From NCBI GenBank assembly GCA_024679065.1, contig JAGIQG010000016.1:56234001-56298000 (forward strand): a stretch of 64,000 nucleotides of DNA, in the 5' to 3' direction. A program made the position numbers and the translations under genes. The stretch is from Sphyrna mokarran (Eukaryota). This document shows positions 60,540 to 64,000 of the stretch, in pieces (position 1 is the first letter of the stretch; each line of letters begins with the position of its first letter). Under the pieces are notes generated by a model. That model was given only the letters and a program-made list of their open reading frames with translations. It ran no database searches and was not told the DNA's origin.

Positions 60540-61385
60540 TGTGATGATACTGTGCCTTTAAGAACCGTATTTGTGCCATGTTTCTTCTGAAGGGACTGCT
60601 TTATGCTTCATCTCTCATAATAATGCCAAAATATTTCCAGCTGGCAGCCCATCTGCTGAATCAGCGGAAGAATTAATAAGTCCTAATTAATGGATTGTTT
60701 GTTTTAATCTAGGCTAATGATACTTTTAGAGTTTTTCCTGGGGTTCAGAGTAGGGTTGGATTAGACTGACTGACAAGAGATTCATGCATGTGGGTGGAGC
60801 TAGGCATACAGAGAAAGGAAAAAAATAAGCAGACAGTTTCAGCTTGAATTTGAAAAGAGCAATAGCTCTTTCTCTCTATATATATATATGGAAATTTAAG
60901 TCTGTGGACCTGCTAGAAAATAAGAGTCCCTCTCTAGAAGTCTGCAAAAGGAAAAAAATGTTTTCTCTCCCTCTTTCTAACACTGAAGTCCTGCTGTGTA
61001 AAGATAGATTTTCCTCTGGAAGTTACTATCTGAGGGTTAGAAGATGGGTGTCTCTCTGTATCTCTGTCTGAGGAGTTACCAGGTTGTTGGACTGGGAATT
61101 CACATAAGCCTGTGTGTCTTGCTAACTGATGAATTTATGCCTATGGGGATATTGCTTAAATTGGAATTAATAGAAATAGTTAACAATTCAGAATTATATC
61201 TTATGCTTAAGGCTTTCAATTTTTGTTATATTCAACTGTGTTGTAAATTAGCATTTGTTTTTAATAAAAACCTCCAAATAGATCAATAGAATCATACCTT
61301 AAGTGGTATGCTCACACTCATGCCAAAATCAAAAATAGTTGGGAAGTAGGTTAACTTCATAATAAACAATGGAATTTCTCTTCCT
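60540..61385 (+). mobile_element. Solo LTR-like element, same family as 22014-22774, within a GC-rich DNA element (about 60300-61450)
   Basis: Starts tgtgatgata..ctttaagaa; 3' part gaatcatacct..tgccaaa..taacttca; host terminus aaaatcctgccc at 61450. Confidence 0.65.
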
Positions 61386-62104
61386 GAATAGACTCCACAC
61401 AGCCCCAACGTGAGCTGCGCCAGGTGCAATGCTGGTAAAAAATCCTGCCCTATAAATCTGATTGGAGTATTTTTTCCTAAAATAGTATTTCAAAGAGTTC
61501 TATTTAAAGCCCATTAATCTCTCTATTCCTGAACTATCCCATAGCAATCAAGAAACATGGAAGGCATTGCTGGAACTCAATGCTCTGTAAATCTGAATCT
61601 GCTTGCACATTTCTTGGGTGCAGTGCCCATCATGGTCATTGTGTATTTATGATTCTTATATTGATTGACCACATTATGAAGAACCATTAACTCCTCATTT
61701 ACACAATGATACTGTCCACAGAAACTACTCAATTTTACCCAGTTTCTCTTCAGCTGAAATCCTTATGTGGTTCCATACCTGAGAAATTAAATAGGCAATT
61801 ACACTTTATTGACATGCGAACAATCCACCAAACAACCTGTTTCTGCCTGAAATAGCCAATGTGTTTAACACTGCAAGGAGCAGCTTTATCATCAACAATA
61901 ATGATAATGGCAAATGGATTGTGCTATTTGCGAATTTCAATATGGGTAGCTTAAATTGTGGTTGTTTTTAAATGATAGTTAAACTGTTTTGTAATTTTTG
62001 TTAATAAACAAACTATCAGGAACCCTTAACGTTATTTGGTACGCTCTGTCAAAGCATAACAGAGTGAATGATAAAACAACATTTGTTAAAATAAAGCTGG
62101 TCTT

Positions 62105-62377
62105 CATGGTGGCACAATGGTTATAACGCCAGGGGCTCGGCCTTGGGTGCGGAGTTTGCAAATTCTCCCTGTGTCTGCATGGGTTTCTTCAAGGTGTTCT
62201 GGTTTCCTCCCACAATGCGAAGATGTGTAGGTTAGCTTGATTAGCCACGCTAAATTGCCCCTTAGAATCAGGGGGATTAATTGGATAAATGCGTGGGCTT
62301 GCAGGGATGGGATTGTTGTTGGTGTGGGCTCGGCGGGCCAAATGGCCTCATTCTGCACTGTAGGGATTCTATGATTC
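62105..62377 (+). mobile_element. HE1-type V-SINE with internal deletions
   Basis: V domain and gattctatgattct tail. Confidence 0.9.
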
Positions 62378-62772
62378 TTACCAACCATTTAAGCAAACAT
62401 GGGGTGACAGATGTGATGGTTGTACAAAAGGAGTCAAGCTCAGTTCAATTATAAGAGTATCAGTTCTGAGTATGTGACAAGAGGTGGATGAGTCAAACTA
62501 TAACTGGTAAACTAGACATGGAGATCAGAGCCCTGAAGTTTGCATGCCAGAAGAGCAGGGTGAAGCAAAATACACATTTGAGAGATAATAATAAATTGTA
62601 ATTTACTTTATTTTACTCTAACAGCAAAAATGGATTTCAACACAGATAGTGGACAATTTTGCCTGTGCCCCTTAATAGACTTAACCTACATTGATCTATA
62701 CAGTCAAACAATGGGAGAGTAAAGAAAATAGTTGATTAGGACATGAAAAGGGTGATTTACTGGTATCATGAG

Positions 62773-63068
62773 CAGCACCACAAGTAGCAAAGTGATTAGC
62801 ACTGTTGCCTCACATTTCCAGGGACATGGTTTCAATTGCCAGCTTGGGCCACCGTCTGTGTGAGATTCGTATGTTCTCCCCATGTCTACGTGGATTTCCT
62901 CTGTGCTCCAGTTTTCTCCCACTGTCTGAAAGATGTGCTGGTTAGATGCATTGGCCATGCTAAATTCTCCCTCAGTGTACTCGAACAGGCGATGGAGTGT
63001 GGCAACAAAAAGATTTTCACAATAGCTTCATTGCAATGTTAATGTAAGCCTACTTGTGACACTACTTT
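62773..63068 (+). mobile_element. V-SINE with tail 2
   Basis: Head, V domain and tail 2. Confidence 0.9.
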
Positions 63069-63886
63069 AAGGTGACATAGATGCTGAAAAAATGGTTAAA
63101 TAACGTGGCTTGGTTTTCACATTGAAAAGTACGAGGATCTCCCTTTGGCTAGCTTGTGATCTAATCTGTATTAGCAAGATTCCACTATACTTGTGCATGA
63201 CTTGAGCCTAACGAGGAGAGGCTTGTTCAAAAACAGTGTTTATTTCTAAGACATTCATAATAATCTTCCAGGTAAACGCAGTTTTCTCATGCACATGCTA
63301 ATCTATTTTTCTTCTTAATCTCTTGTATATGACTGCTGGAGCTACTGTCATATCGTACTACACATCATTATATCATTCCCAGAGATAATAACACTATAGT
63401 TTCTTTCTGGGCATCAGAATTTTTACACAATGTGCCAGACAAGACTTTGAGAGTTAGGGTGCTGGAAATGAGGATCTGTCAATGAACCTTTATCCTGCCA
63501 TGGAGCTCTCTCACTTCTGATCGGCCAATTATCACTCAATTCTGCAGGCGTAAGTAATGACCGGCAATGATGTTTCATCAGTCAGAAGTGAAACTCGCTG
63601 TTGGCAATACAAAAATGCTCCATCACCACTTTCAAATACGGTTGAGGGCTAGTTCTATCACAAGAGATTTGTCCTTTAAAATAGGTCTAAGTGAGCCATC
63701 TTATCTTGCCTGTTCCATCCCTCTGGGTTCAATTATAACAACATATGGATCTGCCCTGTACAAAAAAAAGCCACCTTATTACAAAAGTTCAAAATGAAAT
63801 TCAAGCCTTTTTTGATACAAAGTGAAAATAAATTTGTTGGATGGAAAGAATGCAGTTGTCGAAATAATAATAATTATACAGACAGT

Positions 63887-64000
63887 GGGGTGGCACGATG
63901 GTTAACACTGCTGCCTCACAGTACCAGGGACCCGAATTCGACTCCTAGCTTGGGTCACTGTCAGTATGTGTGGAGTCTGCACATTGTCCCCGTGTCTGCG
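63887..64000 (+). mobile_element. V-SINE 5' part, cut by the window end
   Basis: gggtggcacgatggttaacactgctgcctcacag...gggtcactgtc. Confidence 0.9.

Noticed and set aside
2971-64000. Recurrent short ORFs such as GTVAQWLALLPHSARD and HCLCGVCTFS as a peptide gene family, or the repeats as a CRISPR-like array
   Set aside because: They are translations of dispersed V-SINE copies in both orientations, with no regular repeat-spacer period.

Overview
Eukaryotic, CpG-depleted, repeat-rich DNA, most likely from a shark (elasmobranch). This assignment is inferred from the HE1-type V-SINEs and CR1/HER1-type LINEs. I recognise no host protein-coding exon, rRNA, tRNA or CRISPR array. Every recognisable ORF is a decayed retroelement piece (CR1 RT, Rex1/Babar RT, Penelope GIY-YIG), so the window reads as a large intron or gene desert. 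Roughly half is transposon-derived: about 30 V-SINE copies or fragments with two alternative 3' tails, two other tRNA-SINE families, Deu-domain SINE remnants, CR1, Rex1 and L2 LINE fragments, solo-LTR-like elements and GC-rich TIR elements. The most interesting signals are: (1) short Penelope-like insertions that are mostly fold-back hairpins, carry minimal hammerhead-ribozyme motifs and have 12-bp target-site duplications, with one near-intact core at 59320-59356; (2) an apparent tail swap that links one SINE head to two LINE partners; (3) an unexplained ~215-bp inverted repeat at 7423-8789; (4) repeat-free, motif-rich islands that look like conserved enhancers, plus one strong candidate non-coding exon. 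Family names come from recognition by eye, not database searches, and most boundaries are approximate to +/-10-20 bp.
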